From contig FLMG01004137.1 of assembly GCA_900088475.1 (NCBI GenBank), positions 114,337 through 178,336 of the forward strand: DNA of 64,000 nt, in the 5' to 3' direction. A model generated the notes under the pieces. It ran no database searches and had not been told where the DNA came from. It worked only from the letters and a program-made list of their open reading frames with translations. A program made the position numbers and the translations under genes. The stretch is from Hyphochytrium catenoides (lineage: Eukaryota; Protista; Hyphochytriomycota). Shown here piece by piece: positions 25,701 to 41,171 of the stretch (its first letter is position 1; each line of letters opens with the position of its first letter).

Positions 25701-27470
25701 GGAAGAAGAAACAGAGGATGGAGATGTCAGTATTCAGGAAGAGGAGCTCTTTGGGGTGAAGCCAACCCTTGCGGATGTTGTTGTCAACGATGCAGAAAGT
25801 TCGATCCAGCTGATAGTCGAGCCTTTGCCCGGTCAAAGTGGGCTCCCTCCCTACCCGAGCAGCAGCTCAAAAGAAGACTTGGCGACTTTAGATGCTTTGT
25901 ATGGAGAAGGCAGTCAGGATGAGCTGTTGACTCAGGATCTCCGATTGGAGGCTTTCCAAGCGGACCCATCTTCTGACAACCTACCTAGCCGGGACGACAA
26001 AGTCCATAGTGACCCGATCTCTCAAAAGGCCGAGATCACCTCGATGTTATGGTACGTGCCAGCAAATTTCGCGCTGCAGTGGACTCGCGCTGATATTATC
26101 GGCCGCTTTCTTTGACTGGACAGCGTCGAAGTCCTCAATCCCTTCGTCCACATGGAGACTGTGTTCTCAGAGCTGAGGCCCTTTGCTCACTGTTTTCAAA
26201 TAAGGTAAGATCGGTCACGTCTGCCCTTAATTCTTGTTGTACTAACAATTCCCGCGGCACATAGCGAGGAGGTGCTTCTATACAGGCCAGGTGAGGTGTT
26301 TAGAGAGGATGACCTAATCACGGTCGCTGCCCTTGAGGTAGCAGCGGCGTCGAATAAACCCGAGAGGATTGCGCTAGAAGAGGCGTTGCATCAAAATAGC
26401 CAGTCAATCAGAGTCTTGCCGCCATCAGAGCTCTTGGATGCAGCGGTGGCACCTCCAAGTCCAGACAGAGGAGAGGGCGAAGCAGATACCATAGAAAAGT
26501 CTTTCACCCTCTTGGACAAAAGCTTCGGCAACATATGTTCGTTGATGGAGGAGACGGATGGCGTTGGTAAGACCAATCCCAATCAAACAGTAAAATATGG
26601 AACTGGACCCCAAGTCTCAATTCAGTGACGCTTCTCAGTTGTTTCTTCAAAAAGTCGATATCGTTGTCAGAGATCAGCCTTGGAGGGCTAACGATTCCCT
26701 CTCATCTAGACCTGCGCGGAGACAGTGAAGTGAGCTCTATATCCAACCCGACAAATCCTAGGCGGGACTCACACTCTGACGAGGAGCTGTTCAACGAAGC
26801 ACTTCGACTCCTAGCAGAAACGTTCGATGGGCTTGTACTAGGAGAGGAAAGGTGAGCGCCTGCTGCTTGATGCTGCTGTAGCTCTCAGTCAGTGACCTTG
26901 ATGCGACGCTTGTGTGTCCACAGCTTATACCGAGGGTCATCTACTTTCCCCGACATTGACCAGCTGAATGCAACCTATTCAACCGCTGCCACGCAAGGAG
27001 ACAGCCAGAAATCAACGGATACACTCTCACGCTTTCCAACTCACACAGTTATGGGGGCTGAAGTGTCTACGGAGAGTCAAAGTCCCATGACTGATACCAT
27101 CGCGGCGACCAAGCTTTGCGAGACAAGCACGGAGTCTAAGATTGATTCGGTATATGCCCCGCACTCTACAACGGCTGAAGAAAGCAGCCACACCTCTATA
27201 GGACAAGACCAAACACCCAGCAACCCACCTTCGACAAGGGGCTCCATATTTAGTAAGCTTTTCACTCTCGCCGACACAATAGAGGACGTGGAGATCAAAG
27301 ATAGTAAAGGTTCCCTGACCACGCCAGCGTCCATGCCCTTGACCACAACCGTCAAGTCTCGGACAGGGCACCCCACTCAGCCTCCTACCAGAACACCTCC
27401 GCGTCCAACTGGGCTTAAGAAACCGACAAATCTGGGTAGTAAGTTCAAGTCTAGTACCCTCAGGTTCTAG
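22745..27470 (+). CDS. Large protein with three N-terminal SH3b-like repeats and a long acidic disordered region
   Basis: Three repeats: WYRLASHLPSEAQIRVRDSPTLEGDPVG, WYRVSPSLPPESKLRVRAGPSIDAAAVG, LEVAQYLPKAARICVRRAPSIDAEVAG. Followed by the low-complexity 646-aa ORF 24175-26115 and further exons. Confidence 0.65.
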
Positions 27471-27538
27471 ACCTGCTTCATATTTATGAAAGAGTGATCA
27501 CCTAACGCTAGCCACGCTCCCTGCTGCTCTCTTCTTTG

Positions 27539-28414
27539 TTATCCAATCACATTGTTCGTCCATAAGCCATCATCCAAGAAGTGCGCATTTTCAATAGCTA
27601 TTCCCTTGTTCTTCGTCCGGCTATATAAGGTGCATGAGTCAGACAGAACTGGACTGATAGCTGCTACTTAATGTTTCTTACATCTGATCTGTTGACATCT
27701 TCATCACGCCCACTGCCATTGGATGCACTTTCCCTTCTGCTTTGATAGCCTGCACATACATTTAGCTGAACGAGTACTTTATCCAAAGGGATGCTTGACT
27801 TACCACGGGGTCGTCTACCTCCAGCTGATCTGGCATCGCTCCGCCCGCTGAGGTCAGCCCAGGGCACATCACATTAGCCCCTGAGAGCACATACGGAATG
27901 CCGCCTCTATCTACTGTCACTGTCGACATCATGGATGGATCTACAGGGAAGGAAGGGACCCAAGCAATAAGAACCTGAACGTTTACCCTTTGCACGTAGG
28001 CCCTCATCTACCTACATTTGTGTAGCAGTCTTAGGGTGGGTAAGTAAGGCCCATCCCTAACGTTAAAGAAAAGTGGCTCCTTCTTCTGGATGATGATCTG
28101 TATGTGATTCTGGCTGCTTTAAGTGTTAGCTAAGCTCAGGGTAAGTGCAAAGAACCAATTATGAGAGGTCTCACCATTTTGCGACAAACATCGGTGTCTT
28201 CTTCGGCAAGATGTCATCGGCAACTGCTTCGAGCAACGGATACTGCTCCAATATCTTTGCTCGAATTCCTCGCTGTACAGACGACTTTACCTGACTGTTG
28301 GCACTTATGCTCTCCTCTGGATCAAAACTATCGCACAATGTATTAGCTTGCAGTTTTTCATGCTTCTAGATGGCTCAAAAGGGCCAGGCATCGAACGACT
28401 TACCGCTTAAACAT
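27539..28414 (-). CDS. MCTS1: MCTS1/Tma20 translation re-initiation and recycling factor (pre-PUA + PUA)
   Basis: MFKR|FD...QVKSSVQRGIRAKILEQYP, LPTLRLLHK|YP, VDRGGIPYVLSGANVMCPGLTS, NKGIAIENAHFLDDGLW. Confidence 0.93.
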
Positions 28415-29075
28415 CTTTGCCCTAGTCTTCCCTCTCCCTCTTCCTGTGTGTAGGTCGTTATCTGAAGTAGTATGAGAGAGATAACACTGTCTTGGAAGTT
28501 GGAAGTCTCTTTCTGTTTCTGCCGTATGGCGGTATGGCACCTCTTACCAGTCCTGCTAGGGCAGACGTCTGGAGGATTGTGGTTACAAGGACAAGAGGTC
28601 CGGTGATAGAGCTTGTTGAACAGAGCTTGGACAGAGCTTGCGCCAATGCCAAAGTACGATACTCACTGAAAAGTACGACCGAACGCTGTATCAAGATCAG
28701 AACCAGCAGCATCGGCTCAGTCCTCCCCCTTGACCTGCTGCTCGTTCTAATGACTGCTATCTGGGATAAGCTGCTACCGTATCCGGTATGCGGCGTCTTC
28801 CTTGTGCAGGAGACGAAGCATCACACCATCATCGCCGCTTCACCTACAGTACATGTAGCGCGCCTGCTGCTGTTAACGGAGAGAAGGCGCACTAGTGTCA
28901 CCGAGTACGGGAGAGCACGATGCTTTGCACTGGTCATCTTTATAATCTACTCCCTATAGCTCTGGACAGGACCATAGAAGACGCTAGTTCAGCTTCTGAG
29001 AAGACTTTTATATGTACGACTGGCCGGTCTAACTCTCTTCAGAACAACTGGCCTGCAATCTCCTTGCAAGTTCTA

Positions 29076-30152
29076 ATGGCTCACCGGAGGAGCAACTTTA
29101 GATGGATCTTAATTGTCGCATTATTGCTTCTTCTCTTATGCAACGAGTGGCCAAGAGGAATTACCGCACAAGAACATATCCTGGGACTGCACCCGACCCG
29201 GGACCCTTGGAAATTTGACGAAAATGAGCAGAGGTTATCTCGCCAAATGACAATACGCAATGGCTTTGAGCATCTCACCTACCTCACGTTTACGTTTGCC
29301 GCCCATTTGGACAGCAAACCTCGAAGCTCTGTCAAAGTCACTACTCACACAACGAAGCAAGGCATATTCTCTATCACAAGGAAGCTGACATCCGCCTTTC
29401 AGAAGCATCTTTATTTGGAGGCCATTGGCCATCGCAACAGCTCTAGCACCAATAATAGAGCTTTCCAGATCCCGCTGTATAACGCTTCCGAGGTCATGGA
29501 AATGGCCCATCTCAAGTCTGGGCGCTATGAGAAGGCTATAGCAATGGCCTTTTCCCCTCCATTTTCCCAGTATGTAGGATCTGTTTGGACTTTGTGGAGT
29601 GCGCTATCCAAAATATACTTGCGTCCGTGCCCCGCGGCCTTCGGCTTCTCCGTGCCCTTAGAGTTGGCCCAATCCTACGACCGCATGCTGCTCCAGTTCC
29701 TAGACTATGGCCTACTAGCCTTTGGAGATGATATATTCAACAGCTCGTTCACGGACTTATTAACCTCGAATTTGGAAGAGTGGGAGGTGCATGAGTGCAA
29801 GGCAAGTACTGAAGGTGTCAAGGTATCTGCCAGTCCGGATAGCTCTGTAATGGATGACAATGGACAGCCCGAAGCCGACAAGCATCCTCAGCAAGGTTCG
29901 TTGAAACAAGGTGATTGCAAACCTTAAGTCCACCGTCTGACAACAACCTTCTTATAAAACAGAAGACTCGATGCCTTCCTGGAAGCGAGAGCTTCTTCTC
30001 AAGATGCCGAAGTATTCAGAAGCTGCGCGTCAAAAGGAATTGACGGAGGTGAGAAAGCAATCCAACCCCATTTTTGTCTGTCTTTGACCTAAACCCGTCT
30101 TCGCACTATTTAGCGCATGAATATGTTCAAGACAACGAGAGGAGCCGCATAG
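29076..30152 (+). CDS. Hypothetical protein with N-terminal signal peptide or anchor
   Basis: MAHRRSNFRWILIVALLLLLLC starts a long open exon, and two further small exons give ...RMNMFKTTRGAA*. No recognisable domain. Confidence 0.5.
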
Positions 30153-30203
30153 ACTGCGAGGTCTCCATTGACTAGAAACCAGCCAATTTGAATTTCCAAG
30201 CAA

Positions 30204-32219
<2,016 letters not shown>

Positions 32220-32762
32220 TGTACTTGTTCTTAGTCTTTGGATCTGCCAACACCATCAAGCGCGCCTCTTCAATGTCTTTCCATGGTTCTAAACACCTCA
32301 ATGCAGATGCCGAACTACCAAGTCTTTGTCTCTGTGTCTCTGTTTACTCTCCTCTGGCAATAGAGGCAGCATCTCTGGAGCTCATTCAGTTTACAAGGAG
32401 ATGGGCCACCATCAGGAAATTATAGAGTTTTCATTGCTACTTTCATACAGTTTTTGAGGCCGAGACAGAGTATATCAGGTGAGTGATTTGGCTATGATTA
32501 TCTAGTGCTATTATGGAAGTTACCGGCTTTTCCTCAGATGCGAATCTGCTTGGGATCTCTTGCCTGCAGCTTCTCAACCACTTCAACTCGAAGCTGCTGC
32601 TTCATCATCGGCGGACGCTCCCGGCGACGGTGCGGCAGAAAGCAAGACAAGCTAGCTTCCTCCATTTCCTCGTCTCTCCCCGGTTGTTTACCGTTAAACT
32701 GGCTTGATTGCCCCTGACAGTCTGCACCTAGCTTCGGATTTGAACCTGAGGTTGAAGCCGGA

Positions 32763-33343
32763 ATGTCTTTCTACTCTGTTGCTCTGCGTGGCAGAATATG
32801 CACCCATGTCGCTGCGAAGAAAGCAGCACCAGCCAGCGCGGTCCGATGCCTCTCCCAGGTCGCGAAGCTAACAGAGACAGAAAGGAAAAAGAGCCTGCCA
32901 AGCCTCAAAGGCTGGCAAATGGTAAGTCCTGCGTCTAGGCAGCCGCATGACCGGAAAGCTCTGAATATTAATATCATCTAGACGAAAGGTAGAGATGCTA
33001 TCCAGAAAACCTATACATTCTCGGACTTCAACGAGGCTTGGGGCTTCATGAGTCGCACAGCTTTGGTGGCCGAGCAGGTATGCTGAAGGATTCGTAGGTC
33101 ATAGAGGATTCCTTAACGCACTCATCTCTGCGCACCAGATGAACCATCATCCGGAATGGTTCAACGTCTACAACCGGGTAGAGGTCACACTATCAACTCA
33201 TGACTGTGGAGGTCTGTCCATGAACGTAAGAGCGTCTCGTTGAGGCAAATAACCGCAGCGGACTGCTTCCTCACTGTGCATCGCAGGATGTCAACCTTGC
33301 CAAGCGGATGGACGAGTTTGCTGAAAAGCCAGGAGACAACTAA
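32763..33343 (+). CDS. PCBD: Pterin-4-alpha-carbinolamine dehydratase, probably mitochondrial
   Basis: [29 protein letters not shown]|[27 protein letters not shown]. Arg/Ala-rich presequence without acidic residues. Confidence 0.93.
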
Positions 33344-33369
33344 GCTGGCAGATGTTATGCACCTGGTTG

Positions 33370-35245
33370 CTAGAGCCTGAGATCTCTCAGTGCATAAGCT
33401 AGCTGTTCGTACTGGTCTAAAGTATTGTAGATATGACAGGAAATGCGGGCATGTAGTTGCCCGTCCACGCACTTGATAGGCACTTCTATCCTCGATTTAT
33501 AATGCAGGTGATCCTATAACCCGTGGGCCACGTAGTCGAGGGAGGATGGCTTATTAGAAAGATATCAAGAAATTTCCAAACCGTGGAGCGTCAACCACTC
33601 TACCTGGAGAGTTTTTGCCTCTGCAGAAGTCAGCTTATCTGCACAAAACTCGTGAGTCAAGATAATCTCCCCAATATCCAGAAGATGAAGGCCTTACTTG
33701 AAGAGAAGATCCGTGGAGGGACGGCTACGAGACTCATAGAGCCCAACCTCTGTAATGGTCCACCGAGATCTATATCCCAGGCATTTCCCAGTAGCTCTCG
33801 AGCACTTCGCATCAAGCTCTGCATGTATTCTCTGCTCCTCTCCACCCCAACGTCTTCCCAAAAGTGCAAGCAAGTCTTCAGGAGTTACACAATCAGAGGA
33901 TGGCAAAGTCACATGTCGGAGGATAACCTTACCAACACTGACAAGGCAGGACTGTAGTCGCGGAGACCATCCCAAAGATAACTGGTAAGGAAGCCGTCAT
34001 CATAGCCATGAGATATTATAAGGGCTCGATGATTCTTGGGTTCCTTTACGTAGAGGAAACCACTGCCTTTGCAAGCAGAAAACCACTTGTGGCAATTTCC
34101 CACCTATGTATCCATCTAAGTTAGGCGCTGGAACATCATTTAGGCATTCCAACCCTTCGTCGGTTTTCCTACATACATAGTAGTCTGGGCCCAGACGGTC
34201 TAACTCTAAGGCTTGATTCAGCAGACCGTGCGCGCCATCTATTATCACCTAATAAGATTGACAGTACAGCAATCAGCAGCCAGTCTTCCAGATTGCCACC
34301 ACTCCCCTCACCTTAGTACCATTAGCTTGACACAAAGCGATGAGCCTTTCTATTGGCAGGATCCGCGCAGTGTTGGACGTAACGTGATCGAACACAGCGT
34401 ACCTCGTCTACTTGCGGAAGATCCATCAGAACGCGTCAGCGGCAGGCCGTATAAACGAGGGCTATAGCAACCTGGGGGCCTAACTTTTGCTGAACCATGT
34501 CCAAGAGTTCCTCATCGCTCAAATGGTAGTTAACCTGAGCTTCAACATGCCGTGCCCCCGTCCGAGAGCATGCCTCTCGGATCATTTTCTTAACTGAGCC
34601 ATAACCGACGCTTAGTGAAAGAATCTGATAAAATCTTGTCGTTAAAAGCAGAGTAGATGTAGACGACATCAAAGCGGTACCTCCTCATGTTGCTGGATGT
34701 CCAACTGGCGGATAATAGAGTTTAGAGCTGACGTGGCGTTCTGGACCAATGCAAGCTTCTGTCTATCTACTTGAAGAAAGGCTGCCAAGCGCCTGACTAT
34801 GTACACCATAGCAGGCAGAAGTTCCCTGTCAATAAAACGCAAAGGTTGCCGCTCCATGTGAAGACGCCAAGCCTGTCGTAGGCAGTTTACGTTAGGATCT
34901 CGGATCCAGGTCGAAGGTATGAAACTCGTTCAGTGCACCAACCTCTGAAGCCTCAAATGCAGGTCGAAGAGTTGCCCCGAAGGCTGCATGATTGATAAAA
35001 GCACCCCATCCTTCATCAAGAAGGAAAGCTTCGGCTCTCATGGACCTGCCAAAGGCCACTTGACCCCATCTTCGGCCTGAGGCCGCCTGTCGAACGCCTT
35101 GCGGTAGTGGTGGTGGTTCATAGGACGAATCAGGAGCTGCAAGCAGCTCCTCCACGTTCTCCGAATGGAACGATCCGAACCCCTTGTATCCATTACTTAC
35201 CGTTGAAAACCTGCGGAGTCTACGGAACTGACGAAGGGATGTCAT
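33370..35245 (-). CDS. Class V PLP-dependent C-S lyase (Egt2 / L-cysteine desulfhydrase / isopenicillin N epimerase-like)
   Basis: FINHAAFGA, LVQNATSALNSII, DHVTSNTA, IIDGAHG, GNCHKW (PLP lysine), WDGLRDYS, RISCHIYN. N-terminus resembles a mitochondrial presequence. Confidence 0.85.
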
Positions 35246-35700
35246 CCTCGGCCTGGTCAGACAAGCTGAAGTCCCATGAAGGACCTCTTACGCCACCAGT
35301 GCCTTTCTAGAGGTCTCCGAGAACTATGTCTACCTCTTCCAGCAGTGCCATGACCCGGAGCACGAAGGCACACATCTAATAACGGACAACAAGGACTACC
35401 TTTACTGCCTCAATGGCCGATTTGGGCAAGCAGAAAAGAGTAGAGTTTGCTTATGACGAACCGTTAGCGGACGCTGCTCACATAAGAACACACCTTCTAA
35501 AGAACGAATGGGTGATGGGTGGGAAGTGCGAAAGGACCAACAAGAGCAGAGCTTCAGATGGGAGTAGAACTAGGTCGCCTCCTCACACCAAGCGGCACCT
35601 CGAGTGATCTGCGTTGCACTGCGTAAAAATTCACGTTTCTTCAGTGCTCGGCGCTGCGAGAGAGCCCCTGTCCCCAGGGTGGTGTACTTCAGTGTGAAAG

Positions 35701-37058
35701 ATGGGATCAGAAGGGCGTGAGAATATCCTGGAGCGCACGACAGAAGAGGAAGCCATTCTTCTGGATGAGATGTCTGGGATATGTGACGAGCTGGAGAAGG
35801 ATTTGCCACAGCTCTCCGGCAGGGATACGAACGGAGAGACATACAGGTCAGGTCTACCAACCATAAACGCTACCTCCCCACCCTAATTATAATGGTTCCA
35901 GGACGCCACGAGATATGTGGATCCAGGAGCTGTCTCTTACTTCTGGTGTCACCGCTGAAGAAAGCGACAGCAAAACTGCTTCCACGGCCCCCAAAGCCGC
36001 GGCCACAAACCAGAACAGAGCTCATCGGACGATCGGGGCACAGCAATGGATCAATCGAGGAGCTGCCTATTGGCAGGTGAGCTTTTAGCTCTCGACGAAA
36101 CGTAGCTGAATGCCAGTCCCTGCGGCCCTTCAGTTGCCCATCGCCCTTCAGTTGCCCATCATATGTTTCAATGGTATGCATGATCCTAATCTTCCTTTAT
36201 CGTCTTCGTCAACTTTTCCTAGGCTGAGGAGAACTGTCCTCCAACGGTAGACGGAGTTTTAGGCGGCTATGGTTTTGTCTCGGAGACTGATGTAGAAGGA
36301 TCTCAATGGTTCCTGGAGACACTTCGAGAGCACTTCCCTGCTTTTGGACGAGGGAGAGTTGCGGGTAGGATTACCTAAGAAGCCTGTCACCTACTCCTCG
36401 CGACTCAAGTGTAAGTTTCTCTTCCATTCCTAAGATTGTGGGGCAGGCATTGGACGAATAACCAAGAACCTTCTGCTGAAAATGTTCGACAACGTTGACA
36501 TGGTGGAGCAAAGCAGCAGACTCATCAACACAGCCAAAGAATACATAGAGGATCAAGCGTTTGAAAGAGTGACTCTGTACTGCTCCGCACTGCAGGATTT
36601 TGATCCTGAGCCAGACCATTATGACTGCATCTGGATTCAGTGGGTGATAGGGCATCTCAACGACGTCGACTTTATTGCTTTCCTGCACCGCTGCAAAAAA
36701 GTAAGGTCAGACCTCTAGCTATCGTGCTTATGGTAGCTCACTATGTTATTGGTATGCGCGGAGGTAGGCCCTGCACAAAGGTGGGCTGATCTGTATCAAG
36801 GAGAATACTGTCTCTCCGGAAGCATTTGTTCTTGACAATGAGGATTCCAGCATTACAAGGTAAGCTTTTTATAGGATCCTTGGTGCTTGACCCGTCTCGT
36901 AAGATTGATTAATGAGGAGGCACTAACTAGCCGCTCTCAGGTCCGTAGAGTACTTCCACAGCCTCTTCAGACAAGCAGGACTAAAGCTTGTGGCTGAAGA
37001 GGAACAAGATGACCTTCCAGATGAGCTTTTTCCAGTAGTGATGTTTGCCCTTCGCTGA
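35701..37058 (+). CDS. NTMT1: Alpha-N-terminal protein methyltransferase NTMT1/Tae1
   Basis: PPTVDGVLGGYG, DCGAGIGRITKNLL, YDCIWIQWVIGHLND, IKEN, DNEDSSITRS, LPDELFPVVMFALR*. Confidence 0.93.
36125..36160 (+). repeat. Perfect 18-bp tandem duplication (gcccttcagttgcccatc x2) in an NTMT1 intron
   Basis: Directly visible. Confidence 0.9.
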
Positions 37059-37670
37059 ATTATTTATACCATGCTTACCGGGAGTGTACCAACGCCAAGG
37101 CTGTGACCTCCTCAAGGCCCGGAATCCCTTCTCTCTCCTGCGCATCCCTTACATGGAGACTTTTCCCCAGAGTAAGAGCCGCACCAGCACCTGTTGAGGT
37201 TGCATGGCTGATGGTGCTTGTGGAAGGGCCAAGCCACTGCCCTGAGAGGCAGCTTCTGACAGCCACTTTGCTTCAAGTTGGCCAGGCGGAAACCTTTCCG
37301 CTTGAAACGCAGTGAAACCTACACTTCTGTAATAGTAATATGCCTTTATTGGTACAATGCAAGGTTTCATGGGAATTAATAGCTTTCAATAAATTCGGGT
37401 CGTTTCAATTCTTGATGGGTAAATTCTGATCAGATCATCAACCTCAAACGCTGACGGAGGACACGGCGTGCACTCCCGCCAAAGCCGCTGGGAAGAAGTA
37501 TCACTAGGGCTAAAGCACCGATGAAGCGAGACCGGATCGGCAACCGGAGACCACCAGGCCAGCCGACATCGGAATGAGAGTCGTGAACTGGTCAGTCTTA
37601 TCCTCACAGCCAGACTCTACTTCGAATCCTTGCCGCTTCAGGGCTAATTCGACCTTTCGGTGAGAGAGCC

Positions 37671-40600
37671 ATGGCATCCATGCAGAGGGCATTCACAGTG
37701 CTAGGGCTAGGTATAGCTCTTCTTGGTGGGGTCCGGGGTGCTAGCGACTTCAAAGGGAACACCCGGCCTGTGCTGCTTATCCCTGGAATGGCCTCTACCC
37801 AGCTCAGGTCAACTTTTAATAGAGCATAGTAACAACTTGGGTATCTCACCCGGGTGTGATGTCATCACAGGGCTTGGAAGCATGAGGAATGCACCGGCCT
37901 AAAGGATATTCGAGTTGGAGACCGTGAGTTGCGATCGAACCTTTGATGAGACGAATGTAATGACTTTATATGCCTCCCTCTTCCTTTATGTTTCCAGGTC
38001 TCTGGCTCGACGTCACTCAGCTATTGAACAACAAAGACTGCTGGATCCGATGTATGAAGCTTCACCCGTTGAATCAATCCGACGTGGCCTGCCGCTTACG
38101 GTAAGGTAATTGGGGTATGATTGGGAGCACTTTCCTTTTTGACACGAACAACCATCTGAGCAGTCCAGAGCAGAATCTCGACGCTATCCGAGAACTGGAT
38201 CCTAGCATTATTACAATGGGCCAGACGTCCATCTGGCGAGATCTGATTGAGGCCTTAGCCGTAGACTTTGACTACAGCCCGGATGACTTCTTGGTAGCGC
38301 CCTATGACTGGCGCCTACCACCAAGCGAGCTGGAGAAGCGAGATGGTTATTTTTACCGTCTAAAGTCCCAGTGTAAGTCCTCTGGAAAGTCTGAATGACT
38401 TTTTGAAGATTGGGCTCACCATCTTCTTGGTCTCTCACAAGTGGAGAATGCTGTGTCTCAGCCAGGCCGGAAGCGTCAGGGTGCAGTTGTCATTGCTCAC
38501 TCAATGGGAAATAGCATCTTCCGATACTTTTTGGCGTGGCTCTATTTTGAGGTCGGTCGGAACCACTGGCAGGTAAACCACAGCGCTCTCAAGTTCTATC
38601 TACGGAATGGTGGATGATCAACTCTTCAGGGATGGATTGATAGCCACATTTCCGCATTTTTTGCGGTAGGAGCCCCCATTCTTGGAGCCTCAGAGCCAGT
38701 TGAAGTCTTCGTCTCCGGAGTCAGGAACGGTCTTCCGTTAACAAACAAAGAGGTCCGCGACATCCAGATGACCTATGGTAAAGGAAACTGTGCCTCTGCA
38801 TTCTGACCTGCAAACGAGAGTTTACTGATGAAAGGCAGCCTCAAATTTGATGCTGCTTCCACACTGGCACAGTGAAGCTTCAGATTGGCTTTTCTCCTTT
38901 CAACATGTCTCTGAGGACGGCAAGAGCATAGTAAGCAGTTAGCTCTTTGCTGTCTTATCCGAATATCAACTAGCCCTTGCAACCAGGCTGTTTAAGATTG
39001 CTACATTTTCTCTTCCTCCTCCTCCACATCTTCCTCGTGCCCAATATCTTCCTCGTGCTCCACATCTCCCTCGTGCTCCTTCCTTAGTGACAATTGGTTG
39101 TTCACAAGCATCTTACCCTTTAGGAGTATACAACCTTCTCAGCTGAGGACATCGCTGAAGGGAAAATGTTCGAACACATGGGAAAATATGAAGAAGCAAG
39201 CAATACCATCTTCAAGATGATGGAAAGGTACCACTTCCACCAAAGGGTGGCATGGGCAAAGCGTTGAATGAGTAGGGGGAATGGCACTAAAGGGTGGAGA
39301 ACCAGCAGCGTAAACAAGACCGCCTAGAATATATATGGAGCGGATGGCAAACGCTATGGCAAATGACGGGAGAAGGTGCGGAAGAGTCCTAAGCAGGGCG
39401 CCGCAGGTACTCGATGCAGGACCAAGTCCTTGACATGCTCTCTACATGGGAGAGACCTCCAATTAAGCACGTGTACGCGATCTATGGAGTCGGCTTACCG
39501 GTACCTTTGTTTGGACTGTAAAGTAAGCAGGGCAAACTCTGAGAGCATCTGCAACCCTTATTGCCAGGCACTTCTTAAATACAATTACACCTATTCCAAC
39601 CTTACGGAGACCTGGGACCAGCTGGCAGTCACTAAAGAGAGCAGCAATGGTACTGATAGCGCTGCAGCCCGGACTGGGGACAACTCTGTTCCATACGACT
39701 CACTATCTTGGGCACATACATGGTTAGGACCGGAGGTAATCTACAAATATTGGTATTCTGTTCTCCCGCGCGAAGTCAACTGAAAGAGTCTACATTAGGG
39801 CGCGCACATCAACATCACAAGGATTCCGCAGTTCACCTTCACGTCTGCCGCCTTAGTGGAGCGGACCTCAGCCTCAAGAGTGGGTGGTGAACACTGGGCG
39901 CAGTATGAGTATGAAGATNNNNNNNNNNNNNNNNNNNNNNNNNNNNNNNNNNNNNNNNNNNNNNNNNNNNNNNNNNAGGAAAGCAGGTAATGGCACTCTA
40001 CCTCGTGATGAATTCTCCAACCCATCTACAAGCGCCTTAGCAAAGACTCACTCTCTCCGCTCTAGCTTGTTGGGTGATAATATTGAAACTTGGGACCGGG
40101 GAACTGATGGGGATCAATTTGGCAGTGGGAACTTCGCGCAGCTAAAGAAGAAGGTTTTGGCTCTCATTAGCAACCGTGATGCCCAAGAGGACGACCTTCC
40201 AGAGGGCATGTTTATGACATTCTACGAGCGGGAAGAGCTTGTGGCGACGAGTGGGGAGTTGCTCCGCAAGGTTGATATTGCTTTAGAAAGTGACCCTGAG
40301 TCCACATTCTTAGCAGCTTATTACACCTCTTCTTACAGACTGCAGTCTGGGAAGTGGATAAAGCAGATCATCGCTGGATTCTAGCAACCCAGCCTTTCTT
40401 GAGAGAGATGAAGCATGAGCTTCGCAGCCTGTTTGACAGGGAAAGCACCTCACAGAAGGTAAGCCCTTTCGACCAAATGTGACTCTCTCTCTGTAGACGA
40501 TGACCGCGGTATTTCATTGGGCTTGCGACCTTTTGAATTCAGAACCTTAGACCACCTACCATTGATGAGGAATGCAGCTTTGACTACAAAAACTTCAGAT

Positions 40601-41171
40601 GTGCTGATCTCGCCTACTGCGAGTACCGCTTCAGGTACGAGGTTTGCTTCACAACGCGACGATTGAGGGTAGGACTGAAACGTATCCTCTCCTGTTAACT
40701 AATCAAATGTCAAGATTTGGGGACATTACTCTAGATCAGTCCTGTCGCATCAAGAAGGCTGACTATGGCGTAGATAGCTCATGGGATGAGGAGCTGAATC
40801 AGCAGGAAGTTGAATCTAGGTACTGGTGGTAAGCGATATCCAGTTCTGGTGTAGAGTTTTCTGACCTCTGTATGACAGATTGAAGGGACTTCTCAACCAC
40901 GAGAAGGAGTGCGCATGTGTCAGTCACTGTCGTCAAGGTTATTGCAAGAAGGCAGGGGCCTGCCCTGACTCTCACCAGACGTTTGGACCTACCAAGGTAT
41001 AAGTTGTCAATCGAGAAAAGCATGTTCAGCTGAGACACACTGATAGTTAATGGCTCTTCTGCCTTCTGCTAGGGGTATTGGGGCCCCTGCATCCAAGGCA
41101 AAGCGGAGATCAAGGGCGCAGAGGCAGATTTACGTCAAATGGAAGCCGACGTTGGGCATACTGAGCTTTAA
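37671..41171 (+). CDS. LCAT-family acyltransferase, phospholipid:sterol O-acyltransferase (PSAT)-like, with signal peptide and C-terminal HTEL
   Basis: VLLIPGMASTQLRAW, APYDWRLPPSELEKRDGYF, IAHSMGN (Ser), GDNSVPYDSLSW (Asp), DHR (His). PSAT-type Cys-rich tail CSFDYKNFRC...CEYRFRFGDITLDQSCRIK. Ends GHTEL*. Confidence 0.85.
39023..39076 (+). repeat. Imperfect 18-bp tandem repeat x3 (tccacatcttcctcgtgc) in a PSAT intron
   Basis: Directly visible. Confidence 0.8.
39919..39976. other. Assembly gap (N run) within the PSAT-like gene
   Basis: Run of N characters. Confidence 0.95.

Noticed and set aside
28492-28959. 155-aa plus ORF before the hypothetical secreted protein
   Set aside because: No domain and no consistent splice join to the downstream gene. 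Cannot be supported.
37060-37670. Structured gap with small hairpins (ctgccctgagaggcag, gcggaaacctttccgc) and a minus-strand GAAAAGTCTCC resembling RNase MRP CR-I; also considered SRP, U4 and U5 RNA
   Set aside because: Partner motifs are missing (no CR-V or P8 for MRP, no AGCAG in SRP helix 8, no exact U5 loop). An Infernal/Rfam scan would be needed.
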